In this document: piece after piece, positions 27,931-38,663 of the stretch
Layout: each line of letters opens with the position of its first letter
Numbering within the stretch: the first letter of the stretch is position 1
IMG/VR virus record: IMGVR_UViG_3300025120_014919
Location: 32,001-96,000 of that record
DNA: 64,000 nt
Direction: 5' to 3' (one strand)
Source: a virus
Made by a program: the position numbers and the translations under genes
Notes under the pieces: model-generated
The model's database searches: none
The model's input: the letters and a program-made list of their open reading frames with translations, nothing else
What the model was told of the DNA's origin: nothing

Positions 27931-30900
27931 ATGGCACGTACAATACAATCTCCCGGAGTAGAAATAAAAGAAATTGATTTAAGTTTGAGAGCAAACTTAC
28001 CAATAGGTACTAATATTTTAGTACCAGGGTTTGCTGATGAAGGACCAACAGATCAAATTATTCAAGTTACATCAAGAAGTGAGTTTGAAACTATTTTTGG
28101 TCTACCTAAGACACCAGCTGAAAGATATTTTTACCATACAGTTACACCATTATTTGATTCACCAGCAAAGGTAAGCGTATATAGATTACCTTATGGTTCT
28201 AATAAAGGTGAAGGCTTTTCTTCAAACTATAGTGCATTAGCATATCCTGCTAAAGGTATTAGTATTAGTACAGAAGGAGCTGGTGCATCAGCAAAAGCTT
28301 CAGTTCATGAAGTTGCATTACAGACAAGAACATCTGATAATACATATTTTGGAGCTGCATCAGCTAGTTTAAGTGCATTCCAAGTTACGACACCTGATGG
28401 TACAGTTGCAGAAGCACCAGCATTAACACTTAACGATCCGTCAAACAAATTTGTATTTAGACAATATGATGGTTCAAATGCAGGTATAACAGTTACTGGT
28501 GGTTCTAATGCAATACCATTTGGTTTTACAACAGCCCTTTCAGGTGGTACTGATTTTACAACCAATGTAAAGTATTTCTCAGGTGGGTTTGATAAAGCAT
28601 CAGGATTTCCTCTAGATACAGCTGAGGAAGTGACCTTAGACTTTTATAGAAACACAGTATTACCTACAGTTTCAGGTGCAGTAGTAGCATTTACAGCATC
28701 AGGATCAGTATCAGGTAGTAATAAAGCACCATTCGTACAAGTTACTGCAGCAGATGGTGATAATTTAAGTCTTTTCTATACCGCTGCATCTTCGGTTAAG
28801 ACTAAAGTATTAGGAGGAGTTACCCAAACAGTAACTCGTACAAATGGTTACCCTGACGGAGGCGCTGGTTTCTTTGGTAATACAGTTAATCTTGATTTTA
28901 ATGAAAATAGCGAAATACAAGGTTCAAATTATGGTCAAGGTTTAACCACATATAATGAGCAAGCTTCAGGTAACTTGTTTGTTCTAGGTAAGCCAATACA
29001 TTTCCAACTTACTGAAGACCAATACAACAATATCCTACAAAAGAAGACATTTGATTGGGAAAATAGTATTGCAACATCTGCTACTTTAAGTAGTTTTGGT
29101 GAATTAGGTAAATCAGCAATGATTGTTCTAAATAAAGGTCAAACATCAATTGATGATAAGTTCCAAGGTTTTTATGTTGGTGCTCTTGATAATACAAATC
29201 TTAACCCAGCGACTAATTTTGATGGATTATTAACTGTTGAATCAGTAGCTCAATCAGCTAATATAACATCCACATATACCACACTACCAGTACAAAGACT
29301 TGATTTCTCATTATCTTCGATATCTGATAATAATACCGATACATTCGGTCAAGTTACTGATAGTCTTTCAGAAATAATGGAGAATGTGCAGTCATTTGAT
29401 ATATCTGATAAAGAATTCGATGATACGATTTCAGTAGGATTGTTTAGATTAAATCGTTCTAATTACTCACCAGACACCATTAAGTTAGCAGCTGGTTTAG
29501 GTGAAAAATATGTAGGTACATTCGATTATCATCGTCAAGTTAATAATCCTAATGGAGGTACACCAGAAAGCTTCTCATTGGAAACAAAAGAAGATGGTTC
29601 ACCTAATGTTCAAATTATTGTTAATGAGTTCTTAAGTCATAAAGATGGTAGTTCATATTTAGATATTAACGGTAATCCGACAACTAAGATAAGATTAGGT
29701 TCATCTAAGATTGATAGTAATGCATCTTCATTTGCAGATAGAATAACTTATTTCCAACAATTATCTACAGAATATGGAGCTACGACTCGTACGCAAGCAA
29801 CAATTCTATCAGGAGCGGTTGAATCAGCAGTTACAAGTGATATATTCCCAGCAGATTCGTTGTTTCCTTTAGGTAGCTACCAAAATAGTAGTAATGCTAA
29901 AGTTAAGAATTTAGGGTCTATACCTAAGAAGTTGAATAGATTAACTGATCTAGCAGAAGATCGCGATTTATTTGATATCGATCTTACAGTAGATGGTGGT
30001 TTAACTACTATTAATGCAGTTTCTGAATACTTAGAACGAGGTGGTAAAGGTAAATACTTTGATGATACGGTATCGGTTTCAGCTATTGAAGGTTTTTATG
30101 AATCAAATATATTAGATATATCACCTGAAGCAGTAGCATTTAGAAGCGACTGGAAGACAGTATTTGATGTATTTGCTAATTTTGCAGAATTCCGCAGAAA
30201 AGATCATATGTTTATTGCTGACTTACCGAGACATATATTCGTTCAAGGTAAAAACTTTAAGACATTAAATGATGATACTAAGAGCTTTTCATTTAACTTG
30301 ATGAACCCACTACGAGCAATGGTATCAGTAGTCAATACAAGTTACGCAGCAACGTATGCTAATTGGGCTCAAGTTTATGACCCAGTTTTAGATGACCAAG
30401 TTTGGGCACCAATCTCAGGCAATATAGCGAAAACGATGGCTAATTCGGATAGTAATTTCCAACCATGGTTTGCACCAGCTGGATTCACTAGAGGTATTAT
30501 TACCGGGGTTAATGACTTGGCACTATATCCAAAGCAGTCACAGAGAGATCAATTATACAATCGTTCAATTAATCCTATAGCATTCTTTCCGAATGAAGGT
30601 TTTGTAACATTTGGTCAAAAGACATTGCTTAAGAAGCCAAGTGCTTTCGATAGAATTAATGTAAGAAGACTATTCTTAAATCTAGAAAAAGCAACTAGAC
30701 GTACAGTTAAGTTCTTCGTATTTGATCCGAATACGTTAGTTACCAGAACAAGGTTAACAAATGTAATTCAACCTATATTTGAGAATGCTAAAAATACTGA
30801 AGGCTTATATGATTTCTTAATTGTATGTGATGAAAGAAATAATACACCAGAAGTAATCGATCAAAATGAGTTAAAGGTAGATATATACCTGAAACCAGTA

Positions 30901-30972
30901 AGAGCAGCAGAATTTATATTAGTTAATTTCTTTGCTACCAGAACTGGTGTTGATTTCAACGAACTTATTTAA
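27931..30972 (+). CDS. 18: Tail sheath protein (T4 gp18-like), enlarged
   Basis: SPGVEIKEIDLS, PWFAPAGFTRG, GQKTL..SAFDRINVRRLFL, VCDERNNT, KPVRAAEFI. Confidence 0.96.
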   Translation: MARTIQSPGVEIKEIDLSLRANLPIGTNILVPGFADEGPTDQIIQVTSRSEFETIFGLPKTPAERYFYHTVTPLFDSPAKVSVYRLPYGSNKGEGFSSNYSALAYPAKGISISTEGAGASAKASVHEVALQTRTSDNTYFGAASASLSAFQVTTPDGTVAEAPALTLNDPSNKFVFRQYDGSNAGITVTGGSNAIPFGFTTALSGGTDFTTNVKYFSGGFDKASGFPLDTAEEVTLDFYRNTVLPTVSGAVVAFTASGSVSGSNKAPFVQVTAADGDNLSLFYTAASSVKTKVLGGVTQTVTRTNGYPDGGAGFFGNTVNLDFNENSEIQGSNYGQGLTTYNEQASGNLFVLGKPIHFQLTEDQYNNILQKKTFDWENSIATSATLSSFGELGKSAMIVLNKGQTSIDDKFQGFYVGALDNTNLNPATNFDGLLTVESVAQSANITSTYTTLPVQRLDFSLSSISDNNTDTFGQVTDSLSEIMENVQSFDISDKEFDDTISVGLFRLNRSNYSPDTIKLAAGLGEKYVGTFDYHRQVNNPNGGTPESFSLETKEDGSPNVQIIVNEFLSHKDGSSYLDINGNPTTKIRLGSSKIDSNASSFADRITYFQQLSTEYGATTRTQATILSGAVESAVTSDIFPADSLFPLGSYQNSSNAKVKNLGSIPKKLNRLTDLAEDRDLFDIDLTVDGGLTTINAVSEYLERGGKGKYFDDTVSVSAIEGFYESNILDISPEAVAFRSDWKTVFDVFANFAEFRRKDHMFIADLPRHIFVQGKNFKTLNDDTKSFSFNLMNPLRAMVSVVNTSYAATYANWAQVYDPVLDDQVWAPISGNIAKTMANSDSNFQPWFAPAGFTRGIITGVNDLALYPKQSQRDQLYNRSINPIAFFPNEGFVTFGQKTLLKKPSAFDRINVRRLFLNLEKATRRTVKFFVFDPNTLVTRTRLTNVIQPIFENAKNTEGLYDFLIVCDERNNTPEVIDQNELKVDIYLKPVRAAEFILVNFFATRTGVDFNELI

Positions 30973-30991
30973 AAAAATAATTATCAATAAT

Positions 30992-31034
30992 AAAAAAAAG
31001 ACCGGACTAATTAATTTTAGTTCGGTCTTTCTTT
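30992..31034. terminator. Intrinsic terminator after sheath gene, possibly bidirectional
   Basis: AAAGACCGGACTAA...TTAGTTCGGTCTTT hairpin flanked by A and T tracts. Confidence 0.75.
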
Positions 31035-31064
31035 ATATTTTACTTTTTGTAAATAAATATTAAT

Positions 31065-32129
31065 ATGGCTGACAGTAGACTTACAGATTTACCAAACTTT
31101 ACAGAAATAGACAATAATGATATTTTATATATTGTTGATGTGTCACAGGATACATCCAATAAAATAACTTATGGTAATTTAATAGGTAATAGAATAGACA
31201 CAATAAGTAATACAATAGACAGTTTAGGTATACCTAATATTGCATCTCTAACCACTAAGGTTGCAACTCTTTCGGTCATACAAAGAGACAAAGCAGACCA
31301 AAGTTCTCTTAATGCTACTGATGTAAGGGTAGAAGACTTAGAAATCGATAATACAGCAAATAAAAATAACATTGCCCAACTTCAAATAGATACAGGGTCA
31401 TTATCAGGTACAGGTATTGCTGGTAAAGCACCTTTATCCGCTATACAATTAATTAATAGTACTACTAGTTTCTTATCTACTCAAATTGATACAAAAGCAA
31501 CTCTTGTAGAAGATAGTTTAAAAGTTAATCAAACACAATTTGATAGTTTATCAAGTATAACATTTAATTTATCATCAGGTATTACCTTTAACGAGCAAGA
31601 TATAGATTTATTGCAAGCAGCTAATAATACACTTGATTCTGAATTTCAGGTGTTGAGTACTAATGTAACAACTTTATCTACAATAATACCGAATTTAGTA
31701 TCTAACACAGTAGCATTTGAATTAACTGCAGGTGTGCTAGACTTAGAAGACGCTGTCGATGATATAGAAACTGGTCTTAGTTTATCAGCTACAGTTATAA
31801 AGGTACCATTTGATATTAACATTCAAAGTAATACTAATGTATTATGTACATATACAGGGTTAACAGGTGCTCAAGGGTTATCATCAATTCCAATCGAACC
31901 TAATATATTAGGTACTGTAGTAACTGCATATATTAGTTCAGGTAATATGAACAGATATTTAAGTATGGAAGGTTTAATAACGCAGACGGTAGTAGTTAGT
32001 AGTGGTGCTATTGAATTTAATGCTTTTAACCCTACAGGTAGTACTATAACCTTTGATGATGAAACTTTAATCTTTTATGTAGACAACGCTCTCAAGTATA
32101 CAAGATATATTGAAAGAGGTAGTGAATAA
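31065..32129 (+). CDS. Virion structural protein, fibre/whisker-like
   Basis: N-terminal RLTDLP..DILYIVD..SNKIT attachment-like motif, coiled-coil middle, late promoter. Confidence 0.65.
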   Translation: MADSRLTDLPNFTEIDNNDILYIVDVSQDTSNKITYGNLIGNRIDTISNTIDSLGIPNIASLTTKVATLSVIQRDKADQSSLNATDVRVEDLEIDNTANKNNIAQLQIDTGSLSGTGIAGKAPLSAIQLINSTTSFLSTQIDTKATLVEDSLKVNQTQFDSLSSITFNLSSGITFNEQDIDLLQAANNTLDSEFQVLSTNVTTLSTIIPNLVSNTVAFELTAGVLDLEDAVDDIETGLSLSATVIKVPFDINIQSNTNVLCTYTGLTGAQGLSSIPIEPNILGTVVTAYISSGNMNRYLSMEGLITQTVVVSSGAIEFNAFNPTGSTITFDDETLIFYVDNALKYTRYIERGSE

Positions 32130-32180
32130 TAAAGTAATAGATTAGTACATAAATCTTTAACAAATTTAATAAATAATTAT

Positions 32181-32723
32181 ATGGCAGACACAACACAAAC
32201 AATTCAAGGTTTTTATACCCAAGCACAAGCTAAAGACTTTGCAAGAACCAATTTATTCAGGGTGTTAAATATCCAAATAGGTAACACAGATGTAAATTTT
32301 GGTGAAGAAGATTTAGTATATGCGACAACAGCTACATTACCTGGTAAAACAATAGGTAACATAGCAGTACCATACATGGGATTAAACTTCAATGTACCTG
32401 GTAATGTAACGTATCCTAATAGTGAAAATTACCAAATTACATTTAGATCAGATGAAAGTTATGACCTAAGAAATAAATTTTTACAAGCTTTAGATGATAC
32501 ATTTGACGATGCAGATTCAACAGGTAATTATTTTACACCTACTGCTGATTCGGTAATCGATTTAGTTTTACTTGATAAAGAATTAAACAAGACTGATCAA
32601 TATCAATTAGTAGGTTGCGCAGTTAAAGATGTACAACCTATTACATATAATATTTCAAATGCTGGTACACAGGTTGATTTTCAGGTAGGTATTTCATATC
32701 ATTACTTTAGAAGAACAACTTAA
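32181..32723 (+). CDS. 19: Tail tube protein (T4 gp19-like)
   Basis: ARTNLFRV, TLPGKTIGNIAVPYMG..VPG, size 180 aa, follows sheath. Confidence 0.85.
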   Translation: MADTTQTIQGFYTQAQAKDFARTNLFRVLNIQIGNTDVNFGEEDLVYATTATLPGKTIGNIAVPYMGLNFNVPGNVTYPNSENYQITFRSDESYDLRNKFLQALDDTFDDADSTGNYFTPTADSVIDLVLLDKELNKTDQYQLVGCAVKDVQPITYNISNAGTQVDFQVGISYHYFRRTT

Positions 32724-32748
32724 TAGATTTACAAAAGAATTTCTAATT

Positions 32749-32777
32749 AGCTCTCATATATATGAGAGCTTTTTTTT
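32749..32777 (+). terminator. Intrinsic terminator (perfect 22-bp palindrome plus U-tract)
   Basis: AGCTCTCATATATATGAGAGCT followed by a T-run. Confidence 0.8.
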
Positions 32778-32794
32778 GCATAAATATAATTATA

Positions 32795-33643
32795 GTGAGT
32801 ATTCTAAATTCAATTAATAACGCTGTTCAAGGTATATCTAACTCTGCAAATAGTTTATTTGGTGGGTCAGTTGCTATGCCTGGTTTATCTCTTTTAGGTA
32901 CAAATTTACCATTTAAACCTTTAATTAGTTTAAGAGATAATTTTTTAGATAATCTTTCTCAGTGGACTAATAGTATACCTAACGATACTCAATTTATTAT
33001 TATATTTGATAGATTTCCATCCGGTGTTTCTACGAATGTAATACAAAATTTGGAACCCATTGTACATAATACAGGTTTTGATATAACATTACCTAAAGAA
33101 ATAACAACTAATTTTAAAAATCAAGGTATTGTTGGTTGTATATTTGCGACAGGCTTTGATATAGGTGGAGAAGAATTAGATTACGGTAGTGCGGAAATAG
33201 AAAATAATAGAGGATTTATATCTGGTACAATTTTAAAGGATAGAAAAGCATTTTCAAGTAATGAGTTAACTATGGAGTTTAGAGAAACTAATACATCATT
33301 TACAGATTTCGTATTAAGACCCTGGCTTGTAGCTGCAGCTCATTTCGGTTATGTAGCAAGGGATCTAAGTGACCCAGTTGAAAATTTAAAAAATGTTAAA
33401 ACTAATGTTTCTATAATACAGTATTCAAGATCCGATAAAAACTTATCTCAAATACCGAGAAAGATTTTTAGATTTTATAATTGTGTACCTGTAAGAATTA
33501 ATAATAGAGATGGTAATTTTAGTAATACCGATGTATCAAAAACTATTGACACTACATGGGTTTACGATAAATATGAAATACAGTCTAATTTATATTTAGA
33601 TATACCTGGCCTCTTAAAATCTTTAAACCCTTTTTCTTTTTAA
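32795..33643 (+). CDS. Tube-fold baseplate protein (gp54/gp19-like)
   Basis: LTMEFRETN..F..RPW, FYNCVP pattern; start set to GTG 32795 after TAAATA because ATG 32762 lies inside the terminator. Confidence 0.6.
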   Translation: MSILNSINNAVQGISNSANSLFGGSVAMPGLSLLGTNLPFKPLISLRDNFLDNLSQWTNSIPNDTQFIIIFDRFPSGVSTNVIQNLEPIVHNTGFDITLPKEITTNFKNQGIVGCIFATGFDIGGEELDYGSAEIENNRGFISGTILKDRKAFSSNELTMEFRETNTSFTDFVLRPWLVAAAHFGYVARDLSDPVENLKNVKTNVSIIQYSRSDKNLSQIPRKIFRFYNCVPVRINNRDGNFSNTDVSKTIDTTWVYDKYEIQSNLYLDIPGLLKSLNPFSF

Positions 33644-33646
33644 ACT

Positions 33647-35632
33647 ATGAATATCGCTGACGAAGGTTTCAATTTATTTACCAGAATATCATCTTCTACA
33701 TTAAGTAGAATGAAAAAGTTAGAAAGTGGTTTGTCTACGTCCACTCCATCTAATGGTCGTAACGGTGTGACAGGTCAAGTGGCAAATAAAGCTCGTAATG
33801 TCAATTTAAAAGCCATACAACCAGCTCTCAAATCTAATGAAGTAAAAACTACTTTAGAGAAACCAAAACCAGTAAGTTTAGTAAATGTTTCTAAAGAAGC
33901 TTTAAACGATCTTAAAAGTATAATTTCTAAACAAGCAGTTGATAGCGCTGTAGCAATTTCACCTAAAGGTAAAAAACCTATTTCTACAGTTGCAAAATAT
34001 TTAGCAGCTGCAGCAGCAACTTATGGTATTCTTTCAAACTTTAAATTAGAAAATATCCCCGGGTTAATACAAGGGTTACAAGGTGCTAGAAGACAAGTAT
34101 TAAAATTAAAAAGAAGGATGCGACGCGTATTTAATGGATTAAAAAATGCAGCAAAAAGATTAATACCAAAAAATTTAAGAGCTACTTTAAGAGCTAATAT
34201 TAGCAAATTTAGAAAATCTGCAATCGATGCAGTAAAATCTGCAAAAAAAAGTATAGTTAATGGAGTTAAAAATATGGGTACTAGAATAGTTACCATGTCT
34301 AAAGATTTAGGTAAAATAGCTTTAGAAAAATTAACGAAAAATTTTAATTCATTTAGAACTGCAGCGATGGGTGCATTAAGATCTGCAAAGGGTTTGCTAA
34401 CTAGTACGATTGATAATATGGCCACATCTGTAACACGCATGCGGTCTTCGATACCTAGGGCTAATCCAGCTTCGGCGACGCGACCACAGATGTCAATGCC
34501 GAGGTCTAGTCCAAGCGTGAGTGGATCATCAGCATCGGGCGGCTTTTTAAGCTCCATGACCCCGAATTGGATGAAAAATGCCTACAAAACTAGCGCTAAT
34601 TTTGTATCTACACAAGCTGATAATTTGACTACAGGTGCTAGAAATCTAGGTAATAGTGCACTGGAGGTGGTTGGTGATGCTGGTAAAGCTCTCAAAAATA
34701 AAGGTGGTCAAGTGCTCGACGCCACGGTTGATGCTGGTAAATACGTCGGTGGTAAAGTACGACAGGGGGCAGCTGTTGTTGCTGATACCACAGTAGACGC
34801 TGCCAAATATACTTTTAAGCAAGGAGTGAGGGCTCTAGGAGGTGTAAAATACGTTGCAAAAGCAATATTAAAATCACCACTTTTAGCTCCATTAGTTGAA
34901 AGTATATTTACATATATAGACATTAATAAAGCTATTAAGGAATATAATAAAGGAGAATTAAAAAGAGAAGAATTAGATAAAAGAGTAGGTAAAAGAGCTA
35001 TTCAAGGGGTAGGGGGTTTAGCAGGTGGTCTACTAGGAGCTGGTTTAGGTGTTGCTACTCTTGGTAGTTTATCATTTGGATTAGCTGCTCCGTTAGGAGC
35101 AATAATAGGTGGTGTTGGTGGGGATATGGCTGGCAGATTCTTAGGAGGGGTAGTTGCTGATGTTATGGGGGATAAAACAGGTGGTTTAGGTAGTGGTATA
35201 ATAGACTCTAAATTCTTTAAGAATAAATTACTAGAAAATCAATCAAAAGAAAACGCATCAGGAGAAAGTAAGGCTAAAAAAGAAAAACCAGTAGAAATAG
35301 AAGATGGTATTATTACCAAGACTGGTCAATTAATAAAACCTCATGCACAAGATTTTATTTATGCTATGAAAGAAGGGGGACCTTTAACAAATGCAATGGA
35401 TAATGACAATATAATTGCTAAGAAAACGCATGTTTTATTAGATGAAGCCAATAAAGCCAGCCAAAACATAATGAATAGTCAAACAAAAATACTTAACGAA
35501 AATACAAAATTATTAAAACAGTTTTTAGATAAGGAAGCATCTAATAACAATATTGTATCATCAAATAGTAATACTACAAATATAAATTATAAAAGTTCAG
35601 GATTACGTGAACTTCAATTAAAGTATGTGTAA
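33647..35632 (+). CDS. Tape-measure-like / baseplate hub protein (gp29-like)
   Basis: 661 aa, helical Ala/Lys-rich repeats, glycine-zipper hydrophobic segment, tail-module position. Confidence 0.6.
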   Translation: MNIADEGFNLFTRISSSTLSRMKKLESGLSTSTPSNGRNGVTGQVANKARNVNLKAIQPALKSNEVKTTLEKPKPVSLVNVSKEALNDLKSIISKQAVDSAVAISPKGKKPISTVAKYLAAAAATYGILSNFKLENIPGLIQGLQGARRQVLKLKRRMRRVFNGLKNAAKRLIPKNLRATLRANISKFRKSAIDAVKSAKKSIVNGVKNMGTRIVTMSKDLGKIALEKLTKNFNSFRTAAMGALRSAKGLLTSTIDNMATSVTRMRSSIPRANPASATRPQMSMPRSSPSVSGSSASGGFLSSMTPNWMKNAYKTSANFVSTQADNLTTGARNLGNSALEVVGDAGKALKNKGGQVLDATVDAGKYVGGKVRQGAAVVADTTVDAAKYTFKQGVRALGGVKYVAKAILKSPLLAPLVESIFTYIDINKAIKEYNKGELKREELDKRVGKRAIQGVGGLAGGLLGAGLGVATLGSLSFGLAAPLGAIIGGVGGDMAGRFLGGVVADVMGDKTGGLGSGIIDSKFFKNKLLENQSKENASGESKAKKEKPVEIEDGIITKTGQLIKPHAQDFIYAMKEGGPLTNAMDNDNIIAKKTHVLLDEANKASQNIMNSQTKILNENTKLLKQFLDKEASNNNIVSSNSNTTNINYKSSGLRELQLKYV

Positions 35633-36377
35633 TTTAGATTATTATAAATATAGTTTTTTTAATAAAGATTTTTTAGTTAAGGAGGTTTCATTTTATGAAA
35701 CGAGATTATTATTAAAAAAAATTAACTCTCCGGATTTAGAACAAGTGTTTGATAATTTACTATCTATTTGTGTTAAAAATAAAAATTTAAATGTATTAGA
35801 AAAAATTATTTTACTTTTTTATGTAAGAGGTTTTATTTTCGGTAATGAGATTACCTTCATGAAGGATGGTAAAGAAGTTACAGTTGATTTAAACGATATA
35901 GTTGGTGAATTTACCAAAGAACAATCAACTTTAACTATTAAAATAGGTGGTTTAAATTATGATTTTAGTTATGTTAATAATTTTGATAATTTTGATGATA
36001 AGCTTTCACTTATTGAAAGTAGTCTTGTAAGTGTTAATGGTTTAAATATACAAAATATTGAAGATAAATTAGGATATTTACCCGCTGTAAATATTAATGA
36101 TATTTATACTCAAATATTTGAGCATTTTTATTCTTTTAATTATGAGTTAAAAATATTAGATTATGATTTAAATATTAATAATATTCTTATTTTTATGAAA
36201 ACTATCTTTACTTGTGAATTAATGGATTTATATGAAATAGAATATAAACTAAGAAGATTGTTAAATTTTACTACTGAAGATTTAAAAAATAACTCTTTAC
36301 CTGAATGTAGAATACTTATGAATTTATATGTTAAGGAAAATAAGGAAAGTGAAGTTGAACAACAGATGAACCAATAA
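35625..36377 (+). CDS. Baseplate hub assembly protein (gp26/gp51-like)
   Basis: C-terminal YKL..LNFT.EDL....E..I.MNL resembles the gp51 pattern; context. Confidence 0.45.
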   Translation: MCNLDYYKYSFFNKDFLVKEVSFYETRLLLKKINSPDLEQVFDNLLSICVKNKNLNVLEKIILLFYVRGFIFGNEITFMKDGKEVTVDLNDIVGEFTKEQSTLTIKIGGLNYDFSYVNNFDNFDDKLSLIESSLVSVNGLNIQNIEDKLGYLPAVNINDIYTQIFEHFYSFNYELKILDYDLNINNILIFMKTIFTCELMDLYEIEYKLRRLLNFTTEDLKNNSLPECRILMNLYVKENKESEVEQQMNQ

Positions 36378-36388
36378 TAAATAATGTA

Positions 36389-37102
36389 ATGGCCGAAAGT
36401 TTAAATGATATTTTAGAAAACCTTAATTCGTTAAAAAAGAATAGTAATATTTTTATACCATCGTTAAAAAAGAACGTTGATTTTAAAGGTATTACTTTAA
36501 AACAACAAAAAGAAATAATTGATAGTGTCCTTTCGGGGGATTCAGTTGAAATATTAAACTTTTTCGATGTTTGTTTTAATATATTAAAGGAAAATATACA
36601 AGGTAATAGTATAGAACAAATTAATATAGTAGATAGACCAAATTTATTATTAAATTTAAGATTTAATATTGATTCAAAATATGAAGGAATTAATATCGAA
36701 GAGCTTATTGAAACAAATAAAAAAATTAAATTACCTGAATTGCAAACTACTATTGAAACTGATGATTTTATTTTTACAGTTGAGTCACCGAATATAAAGA
36801 AAGATGCAAATGTAAATAATTATATAGTAAAAACTTTTTTAGATCGAGAAAAAATATTAGGTAATTTATATGCTGGCGAGCTAATAAAATTTATCACTAC
36901 TGTAAAGTTTAAAGAGAGTGAAAATGTAATCAATTTTGACGATCAATCTAACAAAAATAAATTTACAATTATTCAAAGCATAGATACAAAACATTTTAAA
37001 GAAATTTTTGCTTTTATCAATAGTATAAGAGATATTGAAACTGAATTCCTAACCGTACAAGATAAACAAATTGATATAACGCCTGATTTTTTCATATTTT
37101 AG
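36389..37102 (+). CDS. Baseplate hub subunit (gp26-like)
   Basis: IPSLKKNVDFKGITLKQQK, DR..LLLNLR, C-terminal DFF. Confidence 0.6.
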   Translation: MAESLNDILENLNSLKKNSNIFIPSLKKNVDFKGITLKQQKEIIDSVLSGDSVEILNFFDVCFNILKENIQGNSIEQINIVDRPNLLLNLRFNIDSKYEGINIEELIETNKKIKLPELQTTIETDDFIFTVESPNIKKDANVNNYIVKTFLDREKILGNLYAGELIKFITTVKFKESENVINFDDQSNKNKFTIIQSIDTKHFKEIFAFINSIRDIETEFLTVQDKQIDITPDFFIF

Positions 37103-37123
37103 TATTGCCATTAAATATAATTA

Positions 37124-38287
37124 ATGGCAAGTAATTTGTGGAGCTTAGTTTTTGGACAAGATGGTACCCTACCAGTTTTGGTTAGGGAAGGTTCTGACGT
37201 CGATGTCAATAATATCAACTATATAACCAATACAGTTTATGGTAATTTAGATACTTATGGTGATGATATTGACGTGATTAATGATTTTCAATGGACGAAG
37301 AGTCCTAAAACTAGTAGATCTGATGTACCTAGACTAATATTAAAAGAGAAGAGGTTAAAAACTAATAGCACAGTTTCGAACGCAGCATATTCTTTAAATA
37401 CTTTACTAGATGTGGCGCCTGCTGCAGAGGCTGCAGCTACTAGTTTTAGTAAAAAAATAACCGGTAATAGTATAATAACTAAATCTGTTGAATCTGTAGG
37501 TAAAGGTGTTTCCAAAGTTACCGAAACATTAGCTAGTGTTTCTAAAGAAATAATAGAAAATGTAGTTGGTGAGTATGAAACGTTTGGTGAAGATAGCGTT
37601 TTAACCCCTTATAATGGTTTATATAGGCTAGAAAAAACAGGTTTTAAATATGTTTTACCTTATTTACAAGATGGTTACAATTCATTAGAAAATACAATGG
37701 ATACAAGTGTAGGTTCTTCAATAATATCTAAACTTACTGAAGGAGTGGGTGAAATAGCTTCCCAGGCAGCAGGGTTAGCTTTTGCATTAAGACCAGGGGT
37801 TTATATAGAAGAAAGTCAGCAATATAATATGCCTCAAGAAGGTAGAAAGGTTAATATATCTTTCCCATTACTAAATACAGGTAACTATGCAGATATATTA
37901 CAAAATTGGCAATTATTATTTGGTTTAATTTACCAAAATAGACCTGGTAGGATAACTAAAACGTTAGTTGATATACCAGTCTTATATGAATCTATAGTTG
38001 AAGGGCAATTATATATGCCATATTCTTATATAACTAATTTAGAAATAAAACATGCAGGTAATAGGAGATCGATGAAAATTAATGTACCTAAAGTTGAAAA
38101 TAATAAAGATACAAATCCAAGTAATTTAGAAATAACCGCTGTAATTCCAGATGCGTATATGGTTGATATAACTTTAACTAGTTTAAATGAAGAAACGAGA
38201 AATTTCTTATTTGAAAGTATTAAACCTGGTTTAGTTACATCAAGAAAAGTTAATACACCAGAATCAATTACCACTGAAATAGCGTAG
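37124..38287 (+). CDS. Baseplate tail-tube cap-like protein (gp48-like)
   Basis: Tube-fold-like C-terminal half; position before gp53. Confidence 0.45.
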   Translation: MASNLWSLVFGQDGTLPVLVREGSDVDVNNINYITNTVYGNLDTYGDDIDVINDFQWTKSPKTSRSDVPRLILKEKRLKTNSTVSNAAYSLNTLLDVAPAAEAAATSFSKKITGNSIITKSVESVGKGVSKVTETLASVSKEIIENVVGEYETFGEDSVLTPYNGLYRLEKTGFKYVLPYLQDGYNSLENTMDTSVGSSIISKLTEGVGEIASQAAGLAFALRPGVYIEESQQYNMPQEGRKVNISFPLLNTGNYADILQNWQLLFGLIYQNRPGRITKTLVDIPVLYESIVEGQLYMPYSYITNLEIKHAGNRRSMKINVPKVENNKDTNPSNLEITAVIPDAYMVDITLTSLNEETRNFLFESIKPGLVTSRKVNTPESITTEIA

Positions 38288-38297
38288 AAAGGATTAT

Positions 38298-38663
38298 ATG
38301 GAAGGTAAATATCAAAATCAAATTAACGAACTACCAGGTTTAGAATCCTTTAGATATGAAAACATATTTAAAGTCTATAATACTGGCGATAAAGACTTTT
38401 TTTACTATAATATATTAAAAAAAGTATCCTTACCTGATAATATTAACGGAGCGTTATTAGATACGGTAATTATGAACAACCAAACACCATTAACTACTTT
38501 ATCTTACCAACTTTACGGTACGATGCATTTATGGTGGTTAATATGCGTGGTAAATAATATACAAAATCCTGTGACTCAATTACCTGTAGGAGAGGAAATA
38601 AAATATGTAAAAAAAATATTTTTGAAAGAAGTTATTAACAGTATAATGGACCAGTTACAATGA
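38298..38663 (+). CDS. 53: Baseplate wedge protein (gp53-like, LysM-like)
   Basis: LSYQLYGTMHLWWLICVVNNIQNP. Confidence 0.82.
   Translation: MEGKYQNQINELPGLESFRYENIFKVYNTGDKDFFYYNILKKVSLPDNINGALLDTVIMNNQTPLTTLSYQLYGTMHLWWLICVVNNIQNPVTQLPVGEEIKYVKKIFLKEVINSIMDQLQ

Noticed and set aside
32762-32794. Listed ATG start for the 293-aa ORF
   Set aside because: It lies inside the terminator palindrome and upstream of the TAAATA motif; GTG 32795 is more plausible
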